Origin: Candidatus Kaiserbacteria bacterium RIFCSPHIGHO2_01_FULL_53_29
GTDB lineage: Bacteria > Patescibacteriota > Minisyncoccia > Phycocordibacterales > UBA2100
DNA length: 64,000 nucleotides
NCBI GenBank assembly: GCA_001781125.1
Contig: MFKT01000009.1
Span: 10,712 to 74,711 of the forward strand
Direction of reading: 5' to 3'
Each line of letters begins with the position of its first letter. The first letter of the stretch is position 1. The notes below the pieces were generated by a model, which did not search any database, was not told the origin of the DNA, and worked only from the letters and a program-made list of their open reading frames with translations. Below, piece by piece: positions 22,145 through 31,651 of the stretch. The translations under genes and the position numbers were made by a program.

Positions 22145-24373
22145 TCACTTGGCGACTTTTTCTGCTTCTTCGAGCTTAACGGAAAGAAGTTTGGACACCC
22201 CGTCCTGCCCCATTGTGACACCGTAGAGCTCGCCGGCGGCGGCCATGGTCGCTCTATTATGTGTGATGACGATGAGCTGCGATTTTACGCCAAGCTCTTT
22301 GATCATATCGGCGTAGCGCTTTGAGTTGGCCTCGTCGAGCGCTGCGTCGGTCTCGTCGAGGATAAGGAACGGCGGGGGATTCACCTGGCTCATGGAAAAG
22401 ATGAGGGCGATAGAAGTGAGCGCGCGCTCGCCACCGGAGAGCACGTCGAGCCCGCGAATTTTTTTGCGGGGGAGTGAGACGTCGATAGAAAGCCCGGCGT
22501 AGAGCTCTTCTTCCTCTGGAACATCGTCGTCTTCCAACTCATCGTCATCGGCGGGGCCTGCCCCTGAGGTCGCGCGGAGCGCTTTCCTTCGGGGTTCCTC
22601 CACCTCAAGCTTCGCGTGCCCGCCGCCAAAGAGTTTGCTGAAGAAATTCTTCAGGGCTTCGTTGATATGTTTCAGCCCCTCGGTAAATCGCGCGTCAATC
22701 GTCTTCTCCAGTTCCGCGATGATGTCCTCAAGCTTCGACGCCGAGCTTTCAAGGTCGGCAAGTTCCTTTGCAAGGAATTCTTCGCGCTCTTTGGTCTGAT
22801 TGAATTCTCTCACTACCGTATCCCCGCTTCCCAGCCCCGATTCTTCTATCTTTATCTTCAGGCGCTCGATCTCGCGGCGGCGCTTCTCCTGGGCGTGTCG
22901 GTCCTCCTCGAGAAGCGCACCGGTGGGAACTTCCGCTTTCTCCCATCCGTGGACCTCCGCGCCGATAAGCGCAATCCCCTCCCGTACCTCTTCTTCGAAT
23001 CTCGTGCGCAGCGTCGCAATATTCGCCCGCGCCGCCTGCACTCCAGAAAGCTTCGCTTGGGCCTCGCGGACATTCGACTCCAACTCCACAAGATCGCGCT
23101 CGGCCGTGAATCCGGCCTCACGCGCCTCGGCAATTTTCTTTCGCAGGGCTTCCAATTCCTCCGCGAGGGCATTCTCCTGCGCGCGGACGCGCTCGAGTGA
23201 CTTTGCCAGACTCTGCACTTGCTGGCGTACTTCTTCGTTCGTCTCAGGCGCTGCTCCCGAAAGACCCTCCACAAAAGCCTTGATACGCTCGCGGACCTCA
23301 CCGAGGCGGCGCTTCAATATTGAAATGTCATCTTCCCGTTCTGCCTCTGCGACACTTTCGGAAAGCTCGCGCGCGAACTGGCGCACATGCGGCACCGGCA
23401 CGATCTGCTCGACGGTTACCGTATTTGCCTCCAAGGCACCTTCGGCGCGGCCGAGCTCGCGCGTCAGCTGCTCACTTTCGCGCCGAGCTTCGGAGAGCTT
23501 CCCTTCGCGCTCAGATAGCTTTGTCTGTAGTTCTTGCAACGCGCCGGAGCCGCCTGAAGCCTTCGTCGAACGGATACGCGAGACGGATTCGTTCAATTTT
23601 TTCAATTCGTGCGTTTGCGCTTGTTCTTCATGTCGAAGGCGAGCATCTTCTTGTGTTATCCACGCATTCTCACGCGTGAGGTACTCGTTGAGCTTCACTG
23701 CGAGCTCTTCTTTCATCTCACGGGCCTTTTCTATTTTCTCCACTTGCGTGCGCAGGAAGTTGAGGTGCGGCGCTATTTCCCGCCGAAGCGATTTTGTCTT
23801 CTCGATATTATTCCCTGTCTCTTCGAGCTTGCGCTCGCTCTCCGCCTTTTTGTGCTGATAGAGCTTGAGCCCCAGCGCATCTTCCACCATCTCGCGCCGC
23901 TCACGCGGGCTCGCGTTCAATATCCTATCCGCCTCTCCTTGCGAAATTATCTGGTAGCCCGAGCCGCCGATGTTGGCGCCGGCAAGCAGGCGGATAACAT
24001 CTTTCAGCCGCACTACGGTGCCATTCAATAAATATTCATTCTGCCCGTCCCGGTACACAATGCGCTCCACCGTCACCTCTTTGAAATCCAAGTCGAGAAG
24101 GCGTTTACTGTTATCAAATACGACGCGGACCGCCCCTCGATTGGCTCGCGGTAGTGCAGGCGAGCCGCCCCAAATCAAGTCTTCACCGCGCTTGCTTCGC
24201 ATGGATTTCATCGATTGCTCGCCGAGCACGAATCGGAATCCTTCCGCAACATTTGATTTACCAGACCCATTTGGTCCCACGATAGAAGCGATAGGCGAAG
24301 TGAATGCAAGCTCGGTCTTCTTGCCGAACGACTTGAACCCCGTTAGTTCAATAGATTTCAAACTGAGGAACAT
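22145..24373 (-). CDS. smc: Short SMC-family chromosome segregation ATPase
   Basis: GFKSF, GPNGSGKS, LSGGE, LDETDAALD, ITH. Confidence 0.92.
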   Translation of the reverse strand: MFLSLKSIELTGFKSFGKKTELAFTSPIASIVGPNGSGKSNVAEGFRFVLGEQSMKSMRSKRGEDLIWGGSPALPRANRGAVRVVFDNSKRLLDLDFKEVTVERIVYRDGQNEYLLNGTVVRLKDVIRLLAGANIGGSGYQIISQGEADRILNASPRERREMVEDALGLKLYQHKKAESERKLEETGNNIEKTKSLRREIAPHLNFLRTQVEKIEKAREMKEELAVKLNEYLTRENAWITQEDARLRHEEQAQTHELKKLNESVSRIRSTKASGGSGALQELQTKLSEREGKLSEARRESEQLTRELGRAEGALEANTVTVEQIVPVPHVRQFARELSESVAEAEREDDISILKRRLGEVRERIKAFVEGLSGAAPETNEEVRQQVQSLAKSLERVRAQENALAEELEALRKKIAEAREAGFTAERDLVELESNVREAQAKLSGVQAARANIATLRTRFEEEVREGIALIGAEVHGWEKAEVPTGALLEEDRHAQEKRRREIERLKIKIEESGLGSGDTVVREFNQTKEREEFLAKELADLESSASKLEDIIAELEKTIDARFTEGLKHINEALKNFFSKLFGGGHAKLEVEEPRRKALRATSGAGPADDDELEDDDVPEEEELYAGLSIDVSLPRKKIRGLDVLSGGERALTSIALIFSMSQVNPPPFLILDETDAALDEANSKRYADMIKELGVKSQLIVITHNRATMAAAGELYGVTMGQDGVSKLLSVKLEEAEKVAK

Positions 24374-24454
24374 TGGGATTCATTGTATCAAAACAAACGG
24401 CGAGTTCCCGAGGGAACCCGCCGTTACGCGAACAACGCGTACGCAAACTGGACG

Positions 24455-24655
24455 CTACTGCGAAGCAGCCGACGCCGCTGCCGCCAGCACGAACGTCAGT
24501 ACGACGGCGCAGAGCGCGAAGACGACAGTGCCCGCCATCCTCACTTCCTGCGGGAAGTAGACGTGATAAGCGTCGAACGGTCCTGCGTCGAACCGGTTCA
24601 CCGACTTGTCGCACCCATCGGGATGTTCAGCCCGACGGCCATTCCTGCACGTCAT
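24455..24655 (-). CDS. Small hypothetical protein with C-terminal TM
   Basis: GGAG RBS; hydrophobic C-terminus. Confidence 0.4.
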   Translation of the reverse strand: MTCRNGRRAEHPDGCDKSVNRFDAGPFDAYHVYFPQEVRMAGTVVFALCAVVLTFVLAAAASAASQ

Positions 24656-24796
24656 GAGCGTTCTCCATTATTTGCATATACAAAAGGTCCTTGTCGGACC
24701 GGGTTGGGACCGACTAGACCGATCAGTCCCGCTATCACAATGCCACTATAGCCCGCCCAGCGCAAGGGGCGATATGTAGATAAAGATTACGTGAAG

Positions 24797-25492
24797 TTAC
24801 CACCCTTTTACTAGAAGCGCCTTCAGGGCGGCGTCCTGTTCGGCCTCCTGTTTCGACTTTCCCTCGCCACTTGCAATGCGCTCGCTCCCCACATGTGCCG
24901 CAACGACGAATTTCTTATCATGGTCGGGCCCCGATTGGCTCACCACTTCGTATGTCGGCGTAACGCCCACCAATTCCTGTGCTATTTCCTGAAGTTTGCT
25001 TTTCGCATCCTGCCAAAGTCTCGATTCGACTATCTTCTCAGTCTTATGGAAAAGTTGCGCGCCTATAAAATCTTTTGCGGTTTCGTATCCCGAATCGAGG
25101 TATAGGGCACCGATAAGCGCCTCAAACGCGTTGGCCAAGATAATTTGCCGTGCACGGCCGGTGTCGCGCGCTTCGCCGCGCGAGAGCAAGAGATATTCAT
25201 TCATACCGAGTTTGGTGCCGGCATCCGAAATGCTCTGCGTATTTACGAGTGCCGCGCGATAGGCAGTCAGATCCCCTTCGGGTTTTTCCGGATATTTGGC
25301 AAAAAGGAATTCGGTAACGGCGAGTTCCAAGACCGCGTCGCCGAGAAATTCCAGCCGCTCGTTGTGCATTGCTCCGGGAGCCCGATTCTCATTGAGATAC
25401 GAGCGATGCGTAAACGCGGTCTCCAGCAGGCGTTTATCTTTGAACGAATATCCGATCTTTGTTTCAAAAGTCGAAAGGTCTGCCATGGTCAT
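24797..25492 (-). CDS. rnc: Ribonuclease III
   Basis: NERLEFLGDAVL; C-terminal dsRBD. Confidence 0.97.
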   Translation of the reverse strand: MTMADLSTFETKIGYSFKDKRLLETAFTHRSYLNENRAPGAMHNERLEFLGDAVLELAVTEFLFAKYPEKPEGDLTAYRAALVNTQSISDAGTKLGMNEYLLLSRGEARDTGRARQIILANAFEALIGALYLDSGYETAKDFIGAQLFHKTEKIVESRLWQDAKSKLQEIAQELVGVTPTYEVVSQSGPDHDKKFVVAAHVGSERIASGEGKSKQEAEQDAALKALLVKGW

Positions 25493-26403
25493 TTATTCTC
25501 GCCGCGGGCGAGCGCATTGATGGCAGGAACGATTATCTTGAGTGTGTCGTCATAAAAGTTCAGATCGCCCACCGCAGAGAGCGGAAACCATTGCGCGTCA
25601 TCCAAGCCTCCCGATGAGCCGAGCCGAAGCTCGGTGAAAGGGGATTCGGCCAGAAAATAGCTCACCCGCTTGCGCTTCTTACCGCCCTCGATTTTGGAAT
25701 CGTTGGCGACGTACTCATTCACTCCGAGCTCTTGCACGATTTTGATATCAAGCCCCATTTCTTCTTTTATCTCGCGGACGGCGCCCGCCTTCACGTCCTC
25801 TCCCTCTTCTATCTTGCCCTTCGATATGGTCCAGTGCCCGAAAATATCGTGCACAAAAGCCATATACGTCTCCCCCTCCGAGCGCGCATAGACGACCGCG
25901 CCTGCCAGATGTTCGGTCGGCATTTTGACGGGTTTGCCGCTTTCTTGCTTACGTGCCCCACCCTCATTCTTGCCCGGCTCGCCGAGTTCTACATAGACAG
26001 CGCCCAAGACGCCGTTGACGAATCGCCCCGAGGAAGTGCTGCCGAAAGATTTCGCGAGCTCGATAGCTTCGTTGATAGCGACCTTGGCGGGGACCTGCGC
26101 GCGGTCGGCAAAAAGAAGCTCCGTGAGGCCGAGGCGCAAAATATTCCGATCAATTGCAGATATTCTCTCGATCGGCCACTCGGGCGCAGCGCGCACGATG
26201 ACCTCGTCTATTTCTTTTTGTTTGGCAACAGCCGTCTGGAGGAGATCCTTCATGAACGGCATGTCCGAATCGCGTGTACCAAATTCCTTTCCGTAGTCGG
26301 CAAGGCGCGAGAGCGCCTGCTCAGGGGTCAACTTCCCTTCCGCAGCATCGCGCTCAAAAAGGACTTGCAAGACGACCGAACGTGCGAGGTGCCTATTTGC
26401 CAT
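25489..26403 (-). CDS. nusB: NusB fused to a C-terminal NUDIX domain
   Basis: DRNILRL, INEAIELAK, FVNGVL, then GKIEEGE..GAVREIKEEMG Nudix box. Confidence 0.92.
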   Translation of the reverse strand: MANRHLARSVVLQVLFERDAAEGKLTPEQALSRLADYGKEFGTRDSDMPFMKDLLQTAVAKQKEIDEVIVRAAPEWPIERISAIDRNILRLGLTELLFADRAQVPAKVAINEAIELAKSFGSTSSGRFVNGVLGAVYVELGEPGKNEGGARKQESGKPVKMPTEHLAGAVVYARSEGETYMAFVHDIFGHWTISKGKIEEGEDVKAGAVREIKEEMGLDIKIVQELGVNEYVANDSKIEGGKKRKRVSYFLAESPFTELRLGSSGGLDDAQWFPLSAVGDLNFYDDTLKIIVPAINALARGENK

Positions 26404-26492
26404 AGAAGAACAACTTCACCACAATGAACATCTATTGAGTATACACGGCAATTCTAAAGAGCAAATGAAGTCGAGTGGGGAATGTGGAGGGA

Positions 26493-26768
26493 TTATTTTG
26501 CTGCTACCTCTTCTTTCTCTTTAGTCTCGGAGCTCTGGCCGCTGGCGCGCAATTCTTTTTGCTTGCGGGTGGCGCGGCGGGCATCTCGCTTCGCACGCGC
26601 AACGACATCGATGACAATCTTGCCGTTGTACTTGCCACACTCCGGGCATGCTCGATGCGGGACGCGCAAGGCACCGCACTCGCATTTGGCAAGGCGAGCC
26701 CCTGCTATTGCATGATGGCTTCTCCGCTTGGCGGTCTGGGAGCGATTCCGGCGCATTCGAACTACCAT
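26493..26768 (-). CDS. rpmF: 50S ribosomal protein L32
   Basis: RRSH...CECG...PHRACPECGKYNG. Confidence 0.95.
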   Translation of the reverse strand: MVVRMRRNRSQTAKRRSHHAIAGARLAKCECGALRVPHRACPECGKYNGKIVIDVVARAKRDARRATRKQKELRASGQSSETKEKEEVAAK

Positions 26769-26792
26769 AAACCGACAGTATACTGCCGGAAG

Positions 26793-26897
26793 CTCCAAAT
26801 ATCAAATCTCAAATTCCAAACAAATTTTGATGTTTTAAAGCTTAGAAATTGGAAACTTGGAGTTTGTTTGGAGCTTGGGTCTTGGAGCTTGGAATTT
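26793..26897. repeat. Heptamer-periodic inverted repeat element
   Basis: (nnnCAAA)n left arm and (nTTGGnn)n right arm. Confidence 0.75.
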
Positions 26898-27483
26898 ATT
26901 GCAGGATGCGGGAACAAAAAGTGGTCCGATGCACTTTGCAGAGACCCGACCCAAGGATAGCGCTGCGATGAAATTCAGTGCCGTACCCTTTGTGGATCTC
27001 AAAGCCGTACGTCGGATAGCGCCGGGCAAGCCTGCGCATCAAATGGTCGCGGGCGACTTTCGCCGCGATGGAAGCAAGCGAAATAATGGGCTCGGATTCA
27101 TCGCCGCGGATAATGGTGCTCTGTTTGATGAACACTTTCGGCGCGCGCAAACTGCCATCGAGCCGTATCTCACATTCCTCGGGAACAGCGTCGAGTTTGG
27201 CGAGGCATCGCGCAAGTGCGGAGTGAATAGCAAAGACGATGCCGCGGCGATCGATGGTAGCGGCTGAAGAAAACGAGACCGCAAAATCCAACGCGGCTTC
27301 GCGCTGCAAGGCGCGAAGCCGCTTATACCACTCTTGCCTCGCAAGCGCCGTCAATTGCTTCGAATCCCGTATCCCCTTCAACATATTGAAATCGAAATCG
27401 GCAGGCACTCTCACCGCCCCAACGCTAACCGGCCCCGCCAAGGGTCCTCTGCCTGCTTCGTCAATGCCGATGAGATAGCGCAT
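26896..27483 (-). CDS. rnhB: Ribonuclease HII
   Basis: GIDEAGRGPLAGP, DSKQL, ASIAAKV, HKGYGT. Confidence 0.96.
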   Translation of the reverse strand: MRYLIGIDEAGRGPLAGPVSVGAVRVPADFDFNMLKGIRDSKQLTALARQEWYKRLRALQREAALDFAVSFSSAATIDRRGIVFAIHSALARCLAKLDAVPEECEIRLDGSLRAPKVFIKQSTIIRGDESEPIISLASIAAKVARDHLMRRLARRYPTYGFEIHKGYGTEFHRSAILGSGLCKVHRTTFCSRILQ

Positions 27484-27557
27484 CCCCGTAATAATAACAG
27501 AAGGGATCCCGGCAACGCGGAACCCCTTCCTATTTCTGAACGCTCTCGCCGGGAACG

Positions 27558-27782
27558 TCATTTCCGGCGACGTTTTCTCGTACTGTGGGCGTAGCCTTCC
27601 GGAGATTTCTCCAATTTCTCCGCAGCATCATTGAGCAATTTCCCCGTGATGTTGCCTCGCCGGCCGGGCGGTAACACGCCATCGCGCGGTGTCGGGAGAG
27701 GGCTCGGGAGTGGCTCATTCAGCCCTTCCCTTTTCGTGCCGGATTTTCCAGCACATTCGTCTTCCGTCGAAATCTTACCCAT
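27558..27782 (-). CDS. Possible small hypothetical protein
   Basis: AGGAG/GAGG upstream; fills the gap between rnhB and dnaE. Confidence 0.35.
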   Translation of the reverse strand: MGKISTEDECAGKSGTKREGLNEPLPSPLPTPRDGVLPPGRRGNITGKLLNDAAEKLEKSPEGYAHSTRKRRRK

Positions 27783-27941
27783 GGCCTCATTTCTCCTTGA
27801 GAGTTTGGGATTTAGTCGGGAATGACGGACCCGACTCAGCCGCCGCACGCAGATACAAAAAGAACTTGCCAACACTCTACGGGCTTGCTCGAATGAAGTC
27901 AAAGCGCGGTGGGGGAAAAGTCGTCGGTGTATACTGCCTTC

Positions 27942-30900
27942 ATGCAACGTGCGGATTTTGTTCATCTCCATACTCACTCACACTACTCCCTTCTTGAAGC
28001 AATTCCGAAAATTTCCGAACTCGTCGCTGCGGCAGTAGTGGATGGGCAGAAAGCGCTTGCGCTGACCGACAACGGCAACCTCTACGGCGCAATAGACTTC
28101 TACAAGGAGTGCAAAGAAAATGACATCAAGCCCATTCTTGGCGTGGACTTTTTTGTAGCGCCCCGCACAAGGCACAACAAGGAGCATCGGATAGATGACC
28201 ACACGTCGCGCCTAGTGTTGCTCGCCAAAGATCTGGAGGGGTATCACAATTTGCTCCAGCTTGTCTCGAAATCCCATCTCGAAGGCTTCTACTACCGGCC
28301 CCGAATCGATCACGAACTGATTGAGGCACATCGTGAAGGTCTTATTGCGATACTGCCATCATCTGACGGAGAACATGCGAAAAAAGCTCGCGATGGTAAC
28401 ACGGCGCAGGCACGCGAGATCGTCGCGTGGTACAAGAAAATATTTGGAGAAAATTGCTTTGTTGAGGTTACCCGGCATCCAGAAATAGAAGGGCATGACG
28501 CACACATGAAAGCAATACTCGAATTGGCTCGCGATAGCCATGTCGAACCCGTCGCTGCGTGCGAAATTTATTACCTCCAACAGGAAGACGCGCTCGCGCG
28601 CGAGCTCGTCAATAAAATTCGGACGGGGAGCGTGCTGAACCGCGATTTCGAACAAGGTGCCCACGATTACTCTTTTGCCCCGCGCGCTCGCGCGCTTGAG
28701 CTTTTCGCCGACATGCCGGAGGCTATAGAGAACACTGTGCGTATTGCTGAGATGTGCAATCTCAAACTCACACTGGGCACCTGGGTCTTCCCCGACTTCC
28801 CTATTCCGGCAGGGTCAACGGCTGACAAAGAACTTCGCACGCTCGCACAAGCCGGCTTCAAAGAGCGCGGTATCCAGCAATCGAAAGAGAATCAAGAGCG
28901 CGTTGACTACGAACTCACTACCATTGGCAACAAAGGCTACTCACCGTATTTTCTCGTCGTTGCCGACCTGCTGCGGCACGCCCGCGAGCAAGGGATATTG
29001 ACCAACACCCGCGGAAGTGCAGCCGGTTCACTCGTCTCCTACCTCTGCGGCATTACGACCGTCGACCCAATCGAGTACAAGCTCCCCTTCGAGCGGTTCC
29101 TGAATCCCGAGCGCCCTTCGCCACCCGATATCGATATGGACTTGGCCGACAACCGGCGCGACGAGCTCATCGAATATGTGCGGCACAAGTACGGGGAGAC
29201 GCATGTGGCACAAATAGGCACTTTCGGCACCATGATGGCGCGCGCGGCAGTGCGCGACGTCGCGCGCGCCATGGGGCACCCGTACGCGCTCGGCGACAAG
29301 CTTGCCAAGCTCATTCCCTTCGGCAAACAAGGGTTCCCCGTAACCATCCAAAAATCGCTCGAGGAGGTGCCAGAGCTCGCGCAGGTGTACAAGAGTGACG
29401 CCGATGGCCGCGAAGTGCTGGATCTCGCTCAAAAAATAGAAGGCAACGCGAGGCACGTCGGCGTACATGCGGCTGGCGTGGTCATCGCGCCCACTCCGGT
29501 CACGGATTACTCGCCGGTGCAGATCGACCCAAAAGGCAACCACATCATCACGCAGTACGACATGTACGCCATCGAGGAAGCGGGGCTCCTCAAGTTCGAC
29601 TTCCTCGGCCTCACCAACCTTTCGGTGTTGGCAGATTCGCGCGCACGAGTAGAGGCACGCCTCGGGACCAAGATCATCCTCGACCATCTCCCGCTCAATG
29701 ACGCGAAAACGTTTGAGATGCTCTCCCGCGGGGAGACGCTCGGCGTCTTCCAGCTCGCGAGCCAGGGAATGACGAGCTACCTCGTCGACCTCAAACCTTC
29801 GACCATCCACGACATCAATGCCATGGTCGCACTCTACCGCCCAGGACCTATCGCGTTCATCCCCGCTTACATAGAGCGCAAGAAAAATCCAAAATTGGTC
29901 AAATATCTCGACCCGCGAATGGAGGATATCCTCAAAAATTCATACGGCGTTATCACCTACCAAGACGATGTCTTGGAGCTCGCGATAAAGATTGCCGGCT
30001 ATTCGTGGCTCGAGGCCGACAAATTCCGCAAAGCCATGGGCAAGAAAATACCCAAAGAAATGGCGGCCCAAAAAGAGAAATTTACTGCCGGGTGCGTGGC
30101 GCATGGGATGAAAAAGGAGGCAGTCCAGAAATTGTGGGAGCAGATAGAAACCTTCGCTGCCTATGGTTTTAATAAAGCGCACGCGGCAAGCTACGGCAAT
30201 CTCGCATACAAGACGGCCTATATGAAAGCGAATTTTCCCGTTGATTATATGGCGGCAGTCTTGACCGCAGACGCAGGTGACGTAGAGAAGATCGCCGATG
30301 TCGTTTCGGAATGCAAACGAATGGGCATCAGTGTGCTGCCGCCGTCGGTGAATGAGAGCCTTGGGAATTTCACGGTCATTGATGAGCATTCGATCCGATT
30401 TGGGCTCTACTCGATAAAGAACTTTGGCACGGGCGTTGCCGACTCGATTATTGCCGCGCGGGAAAAGGACGGGCCGTTCAAAGATATCGGGGATTTTCTG
30501 TCGCGCGTTTCGGACCCCGTTAGAGGCGACGCCTCTAACGGGGCGGGTAAGAATCTCAACAAAAAATCGCTGGAGTCGTTGATCCAATCCGGCGCATTGG
30601 ACGACCTCGGTGAACGCGGACAACTCGTCGTGAATATTGACCTTCTGCTCGGCTATCACCGTGAGCATACAAAAACACCGACCGACCAAGGCTCGCTCTT
30701 TGGCGCAGCCGGTACCAGCAAAGCGGTGCTTCGCCTGCCGAGTGCTCCGGAGGCTTCATTGGACCAACGCCTCGGTTGGGAAAAGGAGCTGCTTGGTCTT
30801 TACATCTCCGGGCATCCGCTGGACAAACACAAGGAGAAATTCAGCGACGCGGGAAAGAGCATTAAGCACGCCAAGGAACATCTTCGCGGCGTCGAGATCG

Positions 30901-31133
30901 TCATCGCCGGATTCATCGAGAGCGCGCGCATCAATCTCACGAAGAACGGCGAAAAAATGGGATTTCTCAAGCTCGCTGATTTCTCCGACTCCATAGAGGT
31001 TGTCGTCTTTCCGCGAACCTTCAAAGAATGCGAGATGCTCATGAGTGCCGGCTCGTGCATCGCGATCAAAGGAAAAATATCCGAGCGCAATGGCGAGACT
31101 AGCTTCGTCGTCGAGCGCGCAAAAGCGCTGTGA
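27942..31133 (+). CDS. dnaE: DNA polymerase III alpha subunit
   Basis: HLHTHSHYS PHP domain, RGSAAGS, PDIDMD, FNKAH, OB fold. Confidence 0.98.
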   Translation: MQRADFVHLHTHSHYSLLEAIPKISELVAAAVVDGQKALALTDNGNLYGAIDFYKECKENDIKPILGVDFFVAPRTRHNKEHRIDDHTSRLVLLAKDLEGYHNLLQLVSKSHLEGFYYRPRIDHELIEAHREGLIAILPSSDGEHAKKARDGNTAQAREIVAWYKKIFGENCFVEVTRHPEIEGHDAHMKAILELARDSHVEPVAACEIYYLQQEDALARELVNKIRTGSVLNRDFEQGAHDYSFAPRARALELFADMPEAIENTVRIAEMCNLKLTLGTWVFPDFPIPAGSTADKELRTLAQAGFKERGIQQSKENQERVDYELTTIGNKGYSPYFLVVADLLRHAREQGILTNTRGSAAGSLVSYLCGITTVDPIEYKLPFERFLNPERPSPPDIDMDLADNRRDELIEYVRHKYGETHVAQIGTFGTMMARAAVRDVARAMGHPYALGDKLAKLIPFGKQGFPVTIQKSLEEVPELAQVYKSDADGREVLDLAQKIEGNARHVGVHAAGVVIAPTPVTDYSPVQIDPKGNHIITQYDMYAIEEAGLLKFDFLGLTNLSVLADSRARVEARLGTKIILDHLPLNDAKTFEMLSRGETLGVFQLASQGMTSYLVDLKPSTIHDINAMVALYRPGPIAFIPAYIERKKNPKLVKYLDPRMEDILKNSYGVITYQDDVLELAIKIAGYSWLEADKFRKAMGKKIPKEMAAQKEKFTAGCVAHGMKKEAVQKLWEQIETFAAYGFNKAHAASYGNLAYKTAYMKANFPVDYMAAVLTADAGDVEKIADVVSECKRMGISVLPPSVNESLGNFTVIDEHSIRFGLYSIKNFGTGVADSIIAAREKDGPFKDIGDFLSRVSDPVRGDASNGAGKNLNKKSLESLIQSGALDDLGERGQLVVNIDLLLGYHREHTKTPTDQGSLFGAAGTSKAVLRLPSAPEASLDQRLGWEKELLGLYISGHPLDKHKEKFSDAGKSIKHAKEHLRGVEIVIAGFIESARINLTKNGEKMGFLKLADFSDSIEVVVFPRTFKECEMLMSAGSCIAIKGKISERNGETSFVVERAKAL

Positions 31134-31199
31134 AAAAATTGACAAACTGCTTCAAATAGGTTAGAGAAAGGGTTGCGTGGTCTTAAAGGGAGACTGGGA

Positions 31200-31571
31200 A
31201 TGTCACGAAGGATAGCGAGGATCTTCAATTCGTGCGGAAAAGCCGTTCGTATCACACTCGCGAACGGCAAAAGCACGTCTGGACAAATAGCGCGCATCAA
31301 GTTGGGTCGGCGTATCCTGCTCCGATTCATCAGCGACCTCGCGAGCGACGAGAGAAAGCATCGCGATCCCGTCGAACGGGCGATGCACGATCTGCATCCT
31401 CGTACCGAGTACTGCACTGCGATGATCATTCGAGATCTCGCAGACATCTGTGTGACGCTCAGCAGGCTCGAACAGGGACGGCGTCGCTCGGACCGGCAAA
31501 AGCTTCTCGATGCGGCCCTGTACTGTGAGTTTCTGACCGACGAGTTCGAACCGGTCGCGAACTCTGACTGA
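31200..31571 (+). CDS. Hypothetical protein
   Basis: TTGACA at 31139 upstream, terminator downstream. Confidence 0.5.
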   Translation: MSRRIARIFNSCGKAVRITLANGKSTSGQIARIKLGRRILLRFISDLASDERKHRDPVERAMHDLHPRTEYCTAMIIRDLADICVTLSRLEQGRRRSDRQKLLDAALYCEFLTDEFEPVANSD

Positions 31572-31585
31572 GATGCCTTGCATCG

Positions 31586-31619
31586 CGGCGGCCGAAGCTT
31601 CGGCCGCCGTTTCGTTTTT
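31586..31619 (+). terminator. Intrinsic terminator
   Basis: CGGCGGCCGAAGCTTCGGCCGCCG followed by a T-rich tail. Confidence 0.7.
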
Positions 31620-31651
31620 AATTTGGCGAATTATTGCTATTATAGGGCGCT

